Of a stretch of 64,000 bases of DNA, positions 54,489-63,164 are shown in pieces. The DNA is from a virus, in IMG/VR virus record IMGVR_UViG_3300042473_001368, one strand, 5' to 3'. The stretch's first letter is position 1. Every line of letters starts with the position of its first letter. Made by a program: the position numbers and the translations under genes. Under the pieces are notes generated by a model that saw nothing but the letters and a program-made list of their open reading frames with translations, searched no databases and was not told the origin of the DNA.

Positions 54489-54645
54489 AGATCCTATACA
54501 AACAAAAATCGATAGCCTCACGCGCACTCTTGCAGAGCATGAGAAGCTATTAAAGTCTCTCAAACTTCAAACTCAACGAATGGAGCAACTTCTAGCAAAG
54601 CTGCAAAGAGATATTAAATCTCTGAAGAATAAAAACGAACAGTAA
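54481..54645 (+). CDS. Small coiled-coil protein
   Basis: Heptad L pattern; start MNKDPI. Confidence 0.5.
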   Translation: MNKDPIQTKIDSLTRTLAEHEKLLKSLKLQTQRMEQLLAKLQRDIKSLKNKNEQ

Positions 54646-54816
54646 ATGATAACCTTTTTAGTACAATATACAGACCCGTGTTTACAGGTACCTTTAAACG
54701 AGAAGATACAAGCAGAAGATAAAACAGATGCGCGTGATAAGTTCTTTGAACTGTTTACAGATATTGAGCGCGTAGACAAAATTACACGAGTATTGAACGT
54801 AGCATATCATGAGTGA
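54646..54816 (+). CDS. Small hypothetical protein (not in track)
   Basis: MITFLVQYTDP...VAYHE, 56 aa, fills the gap. Confidence 0.5.
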   Translation: MITFLVQYTDPCLQVPLNEKIQAEDKTDARDKFFELFTDIERVDKITRVLNVAYHE

Positions 54817-55303
54817 AATTACCTTTAATATAGTTACATCTATCAAGTATGGTACGCATCGCAGTTTGCGAAGTGAAGGAGAATCTCGACGAGATTTGCT
54901 CCTTAGCAATATCGATATGTTATTAAAGGAGTTTATCATTCCTGATTTTCTTATAATCAATTACAGGCCTATTCCTTTACGTCGTAAGATGTTAGGTGCT
55001 GCGTGGCTTGATGGTGAGATAGCAATTATCGATATTGAAGCGCGTCAAGATGATGAGAGCTTTTTCTCTACTCTGTTCCATGAAATGACGCATATAGAGC
55101 AATTTGTAACAGAGAAGCTTTGCGCGCTTGATGATGAACCGGAGCGCGGATATCTTTGGGAAGGTGTAGAGCATGTGCGCCTTAAGACAACAGATGACAG
55201 TTATGATGACCAACCTTGGGAAGCTGAGGCAAATCTCAAAGCAGAAAGAGTCATGAAGAAATTCAATATGAATTTAAACTTTAAAAAGTTCTTGAACGAA
55301 TAA
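54809..55303 (+). CDS. HExxH zinc metallopeptidase-like protein
   Basis: TLFHEMTHIEQ...YDDQPWEAEA. Confidence 0.75.
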   Translation: MSEITFNIVTSIKYGTHRSLRSEGESRRDLLLSNIDMLLKEFIIPDFLIINYRPIPLRRKMLGAAWLDGEIAIIDIEARQDDESFFSTLFHEMTHIEQFVTEKLCALDDEPERGYLWEGVEHVRLKTTDDSYDDQPWEAEANLKAERVMKKFNMNLNFKKFLNE

Positions 55304-55319
55304 CGAACTAGGATATAAT
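55302..55319 (+). promoter_or_regulatory. GAAC-N5-TATAAT promoter
   Basis: AACGAAC TAGGA TATAAT. Confidence 0.75.
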
Positions 55320-55338
55320 TAGTACATATAAACGATCT

Positions 55339-55563
55339 ATGAAGAAACAAAACGAAACATGGGATGGCTATTTGGCCAATAAACAAGTGCGACCAAAACT
55401 CTACAATGTAACTCTTCGCCGTAAGCGCGATGGTACATTCGAGATTGTGTCGCGTGGTGCTCAGATGCTCAATGTAGTTAATGAGTACAAGCATGATATG
55501 GTTACTGTTAATGCACGCTCGCTTGCTAAAGCGCTGCGCAATAACGGTATTGTAGCTAAGTAA
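55339..55563 (+). CDS. Hypothetical protein
   Basis: Follows promoter 55302-55319. Confidence 0.6.
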   Translation: MKKQNETWDGYLANKQVRPKLYNVTLRRKRDGTFEIVSRGAQMLNVVNEYKHDMVTVNARSLAKALRNNGIVAK

Positions 55564-55575
55564 CCCTAATCACAC

Positions 55576-55616
55576 AGAGGGTGCGGCTTAGGCTGCACCC
55601 TCTTTAAATTTTTTTT
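55576..55616 (+). terminator. Intrinsic terminator
   Basis: AGAGGGTGCGGC/GCTGCACCCTCT stem followed by T-rich tract. Confidence 0.75.
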
Positions 55617-55630
55617 ACAAAGAACAACTA

Positions 55631-55795
55631 ATGAATAAAAATACAAAACACGCAAGAAGCAAAGGATACTGCAGTATGAAAGATATGAACACTGGCGGTG
55701 ACAAAGTGTACGCTGGTAGTAGATGCGATACTCGCTGGGATAATCCAAACAGCAAGCACCGCAAAGCAAAACAATACAAAGTTAGCAAAGGGTAA
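55631..55795 (+). CDS. Small basic hypothetical protein (not in track)
   Basis: MNKNTKHARSKG...KVSKG, 54 aa. Confidence 0.45.
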   Translation: MNKNTKHARSKGYCSMKDMNTGGDKVYAGSRCDTRWDNPNSKHRKAKQYKVSKG

Positions 55796-55797
55796 TT

Positions 55798-56076
55798 ATG
55801 GGTACTACTGCACGTAACGATATTACTGGAATGGCGATTAAGTCTCGGGCGCAAACCGGGGCTTATCGCTCCGGTTGGGATGCTATCTTCGCTAAGAAGA
55901 CTCCTGAGGAATGGATCAATGAACGCCTAGATGGTAAGGTTATTGTTCTAGATCCTGATGGTTGGCGCGAAGATGATACACCTTACGATAAGCCAATTAC
56001 ATACAAGGACTTTTGCAATCGCTTAAGTACCTCTACTATTCAGACAAATCTTTCTTTGTCTGCATTCAATCTATAA
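55798..56076 (+). CDS. Hypothetical protein
   Basis: VLDPDGWRED...PITYKDFCNRL. Confidence 0.6.
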   Translation: MGTTARNDITGMAIKSRAQTGAYRSGWDAIFAKKTPEEWINERLDGKVIVLDPDGWREDDTPYDKPITYKDFCNRLSTSTIQTNLSLSAFNL

Positions 56077-56093
56077 ACGAACAATAATACAAT
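56076..56093 (+). promoter_or_regulatory. GAAC-N5-TACAAT promoter
   Basis: AACGAAC AATAA TACAAT. Confidence 0.7.
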
Positions 56094-56101
56094 AAACACA
56101 A

Positions 56102-56659
56102 ATGAAAACTAAACTAATTGCATTAGCATCTCTTGGAGGTGTATTTCTACTTGGCCTAATTCTTATGTTCTCTGCTATTGGCAGTGTAAACAGTTATACT
56201 CGACTCGAAAACCTAGCAAAGGCTACGCAAGTTGATAATAGCAACGTTCTTGATAATACTCGAAAGAGTATTCGTGAAGCTGCTGGTGTGAGTGATAAGG
56301 AGGTTGAAGCTCTCACGAACATTATCACTGGTTATGCAGAAGCTAGAGGCGGTAATACTGCTGGCGAAGGTCAAATGGTAACTGTTGGTATGGTGCAAGA
56401 AGCTGTACCAGGTATCACCGAGATTAAAACGCTAACTAACTTGCAAAATATTGTTGTCGCAGGACGCAAAGATTGGCAGTATAGTCAGACTCGATTGCTT
56501 GAAGTGAAACGACAAGCGGATGATGCTCTTGGTATGTTTCCATCTGGCACTATTCTAAAGATGCTGGGCAAGCGCGAGATTGAAGTCGTGATTGTTACAA
56601 GCGCCGAGACAAAAGAAAACTTTAAGTCTGGAGAAGACAATTCTAACTGGATCAAATAA
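56102..56659 (+). CDS. Membrane-anchored coiled-coil protein (LemA-like)
   Basis: N-terminal TM helix then helical domain; paired with next membrane gene. Confidence 0.55.
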   Translation: MKTKLIALASLGGVFLLGLILMFSAIGSVNSYTRLENLAKATQVDNSNVLDNTRKSIREAAGVSDKEVEALTNIITGYAEARGGNTAGEGQMVTVGMVQEAVPGITEIKTLTNLQNIVVAGRKDWQYSQTRLLEVKRQADDALGMFPSGTILKMLGKREIEVVIVTSAETKENFKSGEDNSNWIK

Positions 56660-57756
56660 TGACACTAGGCTACTGGCTATTTCTACTAATGTTAATCCCT
56701 GTAATTGCAGGGATTTTCTGTTGGATCAAATATGATACAATTGATCTGAAAGAACTTGGCGCAGGAGTCGTCGCAGCTATTATAACTATCACAGTTGTGC
56801 TAAGTCTTGGCACATGCAGCATGAAAAGAGATAGCGAGACACTAAGCGGTAGTGTAACAGCTGCTGTTTATATTCCTGAATGGCATGCACGCTGGACTGA
56901 GCTTGAGACATATACAACAACAGATAGTAAAGGCAAGTCGCAATCACATACACGAATTGTAACTCGCAATCGTCATTATCCTCCAGAATGGCACGCAGAT
57001 ACAACTCTTGGTCGTGTAAGCATCACGCAAAGTTTCTATATGCAAATTGCTGAAAAACATGGCACACATAGCGTTCGCGGCGATCGTTATCATTATTATA
57101 GTGGCGATATGAATGATTATATCAGTGATGTGCATGATGATCCAGAATATTGCGATTATCCTATGACGCAGACTCGTTCGTGGTCAAATCCATTAAAGAA
57201 TACACAAGGTTTGCATAGCTATCGAAATATCAGTGATAAGGAAGCAAAGAGCTTAGGCTTACCGCAATACCCTCAAAATGAAACCTTTGGTAGCTCGCGG
57301 ATCATTGGAGATATTCCTATTAACATTTGGAATTGGGATAAACTGAATAGCTATATAGGTCCTGAGAAGCATGTGAATCTGATTCTCGTAAATCTAAAGG
57401 GTGGAGTTGATCAAGCAAAACAACTTCAAGGTTATTGGAAAAATGGTAAAAAGAATGATCTGGTAATTTGCTATGACGGCGAGAAGAATGCTCCAGCACA
57501 ATGGTGTTATGTCTTTGGTTGGAGTAAAAGCGAGCTAGTAAAACTAAACATTCAAAGCCTATTTCTCGAAAAACCAATCAATGACTATTTGCTGCCAGAT
57601 CTAAAAGCTATTGTGCTCGCTAATTATGAAGCGCACGAATGGGTAAAATACAAGGACTCTCCTGTTCTTATTGGCACTGGTTGGGTTGTTGCTGCATTTA
57701 TCATTATGTTAATTAGCCAAGTTGCGCTATATCTTTGCTTCCACGAGAATAATTAA
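56659..57756 (+). CDS. Membrane protein with large extracytoplasmic domain
   Basis: Two N-terminal and one C-terminal TM; YWKNGKKNDLVIC motif. Confidence 0.6.
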   Translation: MTLGYWLFLLMLIPVIAGIFCWIKYDTIDLKELGAGVVAAIITITVVLSLGTCSMKRDSETLSGSVTAAVYIPEWHARWTELETYTTTDSKGKSQSHTRIVTRNRHYPPEWHADTTLGRVSITQSFYMQIAEKHGTHSVRGDRYHYYSGDMNDYISDVHDDPEYCDYPMTQTRSWSNPLKNTQGLHSYRNISDKEAKSLGLPQYPQNETFGSSRIIGDIPINIWNWDKLNSYIGPEKHVNLILVNLKGGVDQAKQLQGYWKNGKKNDLVICYDGEKNAPAQWCYVFGWSKSELVKLNIQSLFLEKPINDYLLPDLKAIVLANYEAHEWVKYKDSPVLIGTGWVVAAFIIMLISQVALYLCFHENN

Positions 57757-57772
57757 GGAACCTCTATATAAT
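57755..57772 (+). promoter_or_regulatory. GAAC-N5-TATAAT promoter
   Basis: AAGGAAC CTCTA TATAAT. Confidence 0.7.
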
Positions 57773-57785
57773 TAATTTACAAAGT

Positions 57786-58193
57786 ATGAGAAAACGTTTA
57801 CTTAAATGGTTATTTGGTGATAATGCTTGGGCGGCGGCGGTCCTGCCTCGAACATATCACGACAAAGATGAAATTATTCGTCGCGTGCTTTTTGAGGCTC
57901 TTGTACGCTATGTCGAAGATGAAGATGATTTGAGAATTGGCCGTGACCGCGAATATTATAGTGTTGAATTGCAGAGCAATTTTATGACTCTTGAAGAAAT
58001 AGATGCGCGCATCGCTTGGAGACAACCTCTATATGATGCATATCTTTACATTAAGGAGACTCGGCCAAAACTTCAAGCAGATCTTAATCATAATGATTTA
58101 CGAATCTGTATAACTCTCATCACAGAAATCGAAGAACGTGATCAACAAACAATGGAAACAATAGTCAAATATAGTGGCTATATGTGGACTTAA
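57786..58193 (+). CDS. Hypothetical protein
   Basis: Follows promoter 57755-57772. Confidence 0.6.
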   Translation: MRKRLLKWLFGDNAWAAAVLPRTYHDKDEIIRRVLFEALVRYVEDEDDLRIGRDREYYSVELQSNFMTLEEIDARIAWRQPLYDAYLYIKETRPKLQADLNHNDLRICITLITEIEERDQQTMETIVKYSGYMWT

Positions 58194-58211
58194 AACGAAC
58201 TTCAATAAAAT
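58194..58211 (+). promoter_or_regulatory. GAAC-N5-TAAAAT promoter
   Basis: AACGAAC TTCAA TAAAAT. Confidence 0.7.
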
Positions 58212-58222
58212 AATAATATAGA

Positions 58223-59167
58223 ATGAAAAAACAATTACATCTAAAGTGGGCCGTTAGTACAACGCAAATTTTTATCGCTAACCTCGACCCTGAATTCACA
58301 CCGGTGACTGCAGATGAAAAGTTTCATCTTGCGATCAAGCAAAGCACCTTTCTAGGCGGTGAACCATATTTGAGATTTGCTGACTACTTATCTGATGCAA
58401 CTCAAGATCCTAATGCTCAGTTGTTTATTACGCAAAGAGCAGATAGTGTTGAGGACTTTTTCAGAGTTGTAATTGCGGCTGATGCTGCACGTAGAGCCGG
58501 CTTCAAAAACATTAGTCTTGTCTTACCTTATTTCCCTGGTGCTCGTCAAGATCGTGTTTGTAATGAAGGCGAAAGCTTGACTGTTAAGGTCTATGCTGAT
58601 ATGATTAATCGTTGCAATTTTGATGCTGTGTATATCCTAACTCCTCACAGCGATGTTACGCCTGCGCTTATTGATAATGTTGAGCTCATTGACGATCTTG
58701 TCTATGCCGAAAAGGCTGTAGCTGACATCTATCAAAAAACTGGAGTGAATAGCTTTATGATTATCTGTCCAGACGCTGGAGCAGGCAAACGCATTGAAAA
58801 GATTGTCAAACATCTTAAAGCAACGTTTGCGACATTTCATAATTTTGACGTAGTCAATTGCGAGAAAGTTCGTGATCTTGCTACAGGTGAATTGCAAAGC
58901 TTTAAGGTTCATGCTGATCGTAGCCTTAATGGCTATAACTGCATTATCTTTGATGACATTGTGAGCATGGGCGGCACCTTTATTGGACTCAACGCTAAAC
59001 TTGAAGAAGCTGGCGCAGAAAAAGTCTATTTGAGTGTCTCGCACGCAGATTGTCTCAAAGGCGTAGTCAAGATGTGCTCAACCTTCGATGGCGTTTACAT
59101 CACGAATAGCCGCAAAATTGATCGAGACGGTCTTAAGAATCTCACGATTTGGCCAATTGAACTCTAA
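58223..59167 (+). CDS. Ribose-phosphate pyrophosphokinase-like (candidate Adps of NARP1)
   Basis: FLGGEPY, LPYFPGARQDR, PHSDV, CPDAGA, IIFDDIVSMGGTF. Confidence 0.85.
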   Translation: MKKQLHLKWAVSTTQIFIANLDPEFTPVTADEKFHLAIKQSTFLGGEPYLRFADYLSDATQDPNAQLFITQRADSVEDFFRVVIAADAARRAGFKNISLVLPYFPGARQDRVCNEGESLTVKVYADMINRCNFDAVYILTPHSDVTPALIDNVELIDDLVYAEKAVADIYQKTGVNSFMIICPDAGAGKRIEKIVKHLKATFATFHNFDVVNCEKVRDLATGELQSFKVHADRSLNGYNCIIFDDIVSMGGTFIGLNAKLEEAGAEKVYLSVSHADCLKGVVKMCSTFDGVYITNSRKIDRDGLKNLTIWPIEL

Positions 59168-59184
59168 ACGAACTATAATATAAT
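59167..59184 (+). promoter_or_regulatory. GAAC-N5-TATAAT promoter
   Basis: AACGAAC TATAA TATAAT. Confidence 0.75.
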
Positions 59185-59195
59185 CTACTTACAAT

Positions 59196-59519
59196 ATGAA
59201 AACAATAGCACAACAACTTAACGTTAAGTCATTTCCCTTCAGTATCGAAGATTCCAATGGTAAAGAGATTTACTGGGAGAACTCAGATGGATATTGGGAG
59301 AAGCGCGAATACAATTCTAATGGTAATTGGTTTTACTACGAGAACTCCGATGGATATTGGGAGAAGAGTGAATACGATTCTGATGGTAATCGTATTTACT
59401 TAGAGGACTCCAATGGAACAGTCATTGATAATCGTCCTAAAACAGATGTTCAGAAAGCCATTGAACTTCTTACGAAAGAAGGATTGCTGGTAGATGGTAA
59501 GATTGTCATCATCAAATAA
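59196..59519 (+). CDS. Short-repeat protein, tandem paralog A
   Basis: About 20-aa EY(D/N)S.GN..Y.ENSDGYWE repeats. Confidence 0.75.
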   Translation: MKTIAQQLNVKSFPFSIEDSNGKEIYWENSDGYWEKREYNSNGNWFYYENSDGYWEKSEYDSDGNRIYLEDSNGTVIDNRPKTDVQKAIELLTKEGLLVDGKIVIIK

Positions 59520-59520
59520 T

Positions 59521-59538
59521 AACGAACCTCAATATAAT
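59521..59538 (+). promoter_or_regulatory. GAAC-N5-TATAAT promoter
   Basis: AACGAAC CTCAA TATAAT. Confidence 0.75.
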
Positions 59539-59549
59539 TATAACATAAT

Positions 59550-59870
59550 ATGAAAACAATAGCACAACAACTCAATGTAAAGGACTTCCCGCTTATCATC
59601 AAAGATTCTAATGGTAAAGAGATTTACCGTGAGGAATCCAATGGAGGTTGGGTCAGACGCGAATACGACTCTAGCAATAGAGAGATTTACCTCGAAAACT
59701 CTGCTGGAAATTGGATTAAAAGAGAATACTCTCTCGCAGGAAGAGAAATTTACTATGAATCTTCTTTCGGAACACTCTATGATGCTCGTCCCAAGACAGA
59801 TGTTCAGAAAGCAATCGATCTTCTTACGAAAGAAGGATTGCTGGTAGATGGAAAGATCCTCAAGCAATAA
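59550..59870 (+). CDS. Short-repeat protein, tandem paralog B
   Basis: Same termini as paralog A, divergent middle. Confidence 0.75.
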   Translation: MKTIAQQLNVKDFPLIIKDSNGKEIYREESNGGWVRREYDSSNREIYLENSAGNWIKREYSLAGREIYYESSFGTLYDARPKTDVQKAIDLLTKEGLLVDGKILKQ

Positions 59871-59886
59871 CGAACCTCAACATAAT
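59869..59886 (+). promoter_or_regulatory. GAAC-N5-CATAAT promoter
   Basis: AACGAAC CTCAA CATAAT. Confidence 0.65.
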
Positions 59887-59897
59887 TAACTTACAAT

Positions 59898-60731
59898 ATG
59901 AATAATACACTAGCACCGCTACTCGTCGACGGCTATAAAGTCGACCATCGCCGTCAATATCCAAGCAACAGCAAGCTTGTCTTTAGTAACCTTACTGCGC
60001 GAGGCTCTCGTGTAGCAGGTCAAAACAAAGTAGTTCTCTTTGGCTTGCAATATTTCATCAAGCGCTATCTCATTGAAGATTGGAATCGCAACTTCTTCGA
60101 GCGACCATTGGATGAGGTAACTGCAAAATACGCACGCCGTTTGCTCGCATATCTTGGACCTAACCAGATCGGCGATCAACACATTCGTGATTTACACGCT
60201 CTTGGCCACTTGCCTCTCGAAATCTGGAGCTTGCCTGAAGGCAGTCTCGTTGATCTTCGTGTGCCAATGTTTGTTGTATGGAATACAGATTCTCGTTTCT
60301 TCTGGCTGACTAATGCTATTGAAACTCTCTTGAGCACTACGATCTGGGGACCTTGCACGAGCGCAACAACTGCATTGATGTATCGTCGAATCTTAAATCG
60401 TTGGGCTCAAAAAACTGCTCCTGAAGCGATTGACTTTGTGCCATGGCAAGGCCACGACTTCTCCTTCCGCGGCCACTTTGGTCTCGAGGCTGCATCGATG
60501 AGCGGAGCTGCTCACTTACTGAGCTTCACTGGTACTGATACATTGCCTGCTATTGATTTCCTCGAGGAATATTATGGCGCTGATGTTGAGAAAGAACTCG
60601 TCGGTGGTTCGGTTGCTGCAACAGAACACAGCGTGATGTGCATGGGTATCGGCGAGTGTGAGGTTTATTTAGATTCTCTCTCTGAAGAGAGTCTTATTGA
60701 ATTTGCTGAGAAGAACGGTTATCGTTTTTAA
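59898..60731 (+). CDS. NAMPT-like (Namat) N-terminal fragment
   Basis: VDGYKVDHRRQYP, HDFSFRG, FTGTDTLPA, ATEHSVMC then premature stop. Confidence 0.9.
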   Translation: MNNTLAPLLVDGYKVDHRRQYPSNSKLVFSNLTARGSRVAGQNKVVLFGLQYFIKRYLIEDWNRNFFERPLDEVTAKYARRLLAYLGPNQIGDQHIRDLHALGHLPLEIWSLPEGSLVDLRVPMFVVWNTDSRFFWLTNAIETLLSTTIWGPCTSATTALMYRRILNRWAQKTAPEAIDFVPWQGHDFSFRGHFGLEAASMSGAAHLLSFTGTDTLPAIDFLEEYYGADVEKELVGGSVAATEHSVMCMGIGECEVYLDSLSEESLIEFAEKNGYRF

Positions 60732-61503
60732 ATTGATTACACTCATCTTTTGACCAGTTATGCGATCGTCCCATATGTTTATTGAAATTTCCTCCATCTA
60801 AATTTTGTAATGAGCATATGGGACACGAAAGCTTAGGCCTAGCCTGAGCCCGCGCTTTAGCCCACTCTTTATTTTGACCTAGCAGCTTTGCTGCAGCGCT
60901 CATTTTCTGCTTTGTCGATTCACTATGAGATTTGCCGAGAAATGTTGGCTCTCTTGATTCTACCAGCAATTTCCCTCTATCTCCTCGCCAGAAATCTTCG
61001 TTAATTTTGTCCATCTTTAACCTAAACTCAGGAGTAGCCCATAACTCTTTCATTTTTTCTCTCCTATGTTGTCTGTATTCTTCACTTGCTTGTCGCGAAG
61101 AAACCGCTTTTGAAATCTTATTTACATGATCCTCAGAAAGCACCCTACCAATATTGCATATTATAAACGGTTTATTATTATTGTCGTGAGTATTCAAAAA
61201 ATCCTTTCTGGTACGAGCATTAACCTTTTTTAAGAATTTTGATTCAAATATACAAGCTTCAGTGTGCGTCTCAAACTGTTTGTGAATTACAATAGAAATG
61301 GGGGTAATGCCTTTATCTAAAAGATTTTTTACAGATAACGAACTACTATAATATTTAATAAACAGATCTTCAGAAGGTTTTAATTTTAACCTAATATTCG
61401 CACACCTAACACCATAGTAATATTTTAACTCACCGTCAACTTCAAACTTAAGCATATAAGTGTAACATTTAACATCATCATTTGTTTTATTAAGAACTAA
61501 CAT
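60694..61503 (-). mobile_element. GIY-YIG-type homing endonuclease inserted antisense in the NAMPT-like gene
   Basis: YTYML...YYYGVR...YYSSS; NUMOD3 SHSESTKQKMS; CPIC..H..H; late promoter 61511-61517. Confidence 0.85.
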
Positions 61504-61508
61504 ATAAT
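61491..61508 (+). promoter_or_regulatory. GAAC-N5-TATAAT promoter for NAMPT C-terminal fragment
   Basis: TAAGAAC TAACA TATAAT, overlapping the endonuclease start codon on the opposite strand. Confidence 0.6.
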
Positions 61509-61538
61509 ATTATTTATACTCCACAAGTCCAAAGTATC

Positions 61539-62375
61539 ATGAAAATAACACAAGAAAATAAAAAAGAATTCGCTGAATATTTGACATTTAAGCGATTAAT
61601 TACAGAAACATACCCAACTGGTATCGTAAGTATCGTAAGCGACACGTTTTCATTCTGGAATGTAGTCAATCCTGATGGAGGCATTTGCGCACAGCTTAAA
61701 GATTTGATTATGGCTCGTGATGGTAAGGTTGTCATTCGTCCTGACAGTGGTGATCCAGTGAAGATTGTTACTGGCTATACTGATGAAGAATGGACGGCTC
61801 TTGAATATGCTCGTAGTTATAGTGGAGGTTTGACGATGCCATCGGAACTTGAGCGTAAGGGCATGATTGTGTGCCTTTGGGAAATCTTCGGCGGTACCGA
61901 AACCAGCACTGGATATAAGCAGCTCGACTCTCACATTGGAGCAATCTATGGTGATAGCATTACTCTTGAGCGTGCAGAGGAAATCTGCCAACGCCTCGCT
62001 GATAAAGGCTTTGCATCGACTAACATTGTCTTTGGTATTGGCAGCTTTACCTATCAAGGCGCTGTAACTCCTGATGCAATTGTAACTCGCGACACCTATG
62101 GCTTTGCTGTAAAGAGCACCTATGGTGAAGTTGAGATCAACGGAGATATTGTTGGTAAAGAGATCTTCAAAGATCCTAAGACTGACAATGGTCTGAAGAA
62201 GAGTGCAAAAGGTCTGACCGCTGTCTATGAAACAGCAGATGGCTTTGAGCTCAAAGATCAAGCAACCTGGGATGAAGTTCGCAATTGCGCATTCTATCCT
62301 GTCTTCGCAAATGGCAATCAGTGTGTTGTTGAAACTCTAAGCGAGATTCGTGCTCGCCTTGCTAAAAACTTCTAA
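61539..62375 (+). CDS. NAMPT-like (Namat) C-terminal fragment
   Basis: FKRLITETYPTGIVSIVSDT, VIRPDSGDP, IYGDSIT, GIGSFTYQ, TRDT, KDPKTD...KSAKG. Confidence 0.9.
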   Translation: MKITQENKKEFAEYLTFKRLITETYPTGIVSIVSDTFSFWNVVNPDGGICAQLKDLIMARDGKVVIRPDSGDPVKIVTGYTDEEWTALEYARSYSGGLTMPSELERKGMIVCLWEIFGGTETSTGYKQLDSHIGAIYGDSITLERAEEICQRLADKGFASTNIVFGIGSFTYQGAVTPDAIVTRDTYGFAVKSTYGEVEINGDIVGKEIFKDPKTDNGLKKSAKGLTAVYETADGFELKDQATWDEVRNCAFYPVFANGNQCVVETLSEIRARLAKNF

Positions 62376-62376
62376 T

Positions 62377-62850
62377 ATGAAAAGTATTACACTATTCGCG
62401 CCAAATCTCTTAAGCGTTGATGAGATTATGCGGTATAGCAATAAGCGTAAAGTCTTTCTGGCCGGCAGCATCGAAATGGGTGCTGCCGAGCCATGGCAAG
62501 AGGAACTAGCGTCTCGCTTCGCAGATAACGATATTGTCTTTTATAACCCTCGCCGTCCTGATTGGGACAGCACATGGACTGATACAAGCGACGCATTTAA
62601 CGAGCAGGTAAACTGGGAGATGGATCACCTAGAAGAGGCTGATGAGATCATTCTCTATTTTGATCCAGCTACTAAGAGCCCGATTAGTCTATTGGAGCTT
62701 GGCTTGCATGCTGCTAGCAAAAAAGTAACGGTGTGTTGCCCTGATGGCTTTTGGCGCAAAGGTAATGTTCGTGTTGTCTGCGAGCGATACGATATACCTT
62801 TGATCCACAGCAAAGAAGAGCTCATCGATCACTTGCGCCGTGTCTGGTAA
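62377..62850 (+). CDS. Nucleoside 2-deoxyribosyltransferase-like protein
   Basis: VFLAGSI...WQ..NPRR...QVNWE...SPISLLELG; start moved to MKSITL. Confidence 0.8.
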   Translation: MKSITLFAPNLLSVDEIMRYSNKRKVFLAGSIEMGAAEPWQEELASRFADNDIVFYNPRRPDWDSTWTDTSDAFNEQVNWEMDHLEEADEIILYFDPATKSPISLLELGLHAASKKVTVCCPDGFWRKGNVRVVCERYDIPLIHSKEELIDHLRRVW

Positions 62851-62854
62851 GTAT

Positions 62855-62872
62855 AACGAACTACGATATAAT
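62855..62872 (+). promoter_or_regulatory. GAAC-N5-TATAAT promoter
   Basis: AACGAAC TACGA TATAAT. Confidence 0.75.
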
Positions 62873-62889
62873 TAAGAGTAATACAAAAT

Positions 62890-63153
62890 ATGAACATCTA
62901 CCATATCTCTCAAACTGAAAATCGCGGCTATGATACCTATAGTGATGCTGTAGTAATTGCGCCTGACGTTGAAACTGCGCGCCGTGTAAACCCCAGTGAG
63001 TACGGCGACGTCTTTATGACTGACGAGGATTGGAAATATACTTATAGCAGCTGGGCGAGCTCGCCTGAAAATGTGAGCGTGACTCTTGTCGGAGTTGCAT
63101 CTGAAAACGAAAAATCGCCTCGCGTTGTTTGCGCAAGCTTTCACGCTGGCTAA
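62890..63153 (+). CDS. Hypothetical protein
   Basis: YDTYSDAVVIA...VVCASFHAG; promoter 62855-62872. Confidence 0.65.
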   Translation: MNIYHISQTENRGYDTYSDAVVIAPDVETARRVNPSEYGDVFMTDEDWKYTYSSWASSPENVSVTLVGVASENEKSPRVVCASFHAG

Positions 63154-63164
63154 TTTACAAAATT

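Noticed and set aside
59196-59870. DGR template/variable repeat pair
   Set aside because: Differences are not limited to adenines, both copies are full genes with promoters, and there is no reverse transcriptase in the window.
61337-61352. AACGAAC-TAC-TATAAT inside the endonuclease, as a promoter
   Set aside because: The spacer is 3 nt rather than the conserved 5, and it lies in coding sequence, so it is probably chance.
60731-61539. Group I intron in the NAMPT-like gene
   Set aside because: The gap is fully occupied by an antisense ORF, with no room or motifs for a P3-P7 core on the sense strand. A split gene fits better.
52682-62261. Antisense shadow ORFs (e.g. 52722, 53238, 58637, 59538, 61650)
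   Set aside because: They mirror well-supported plus-strand genes and arise from codon bias.
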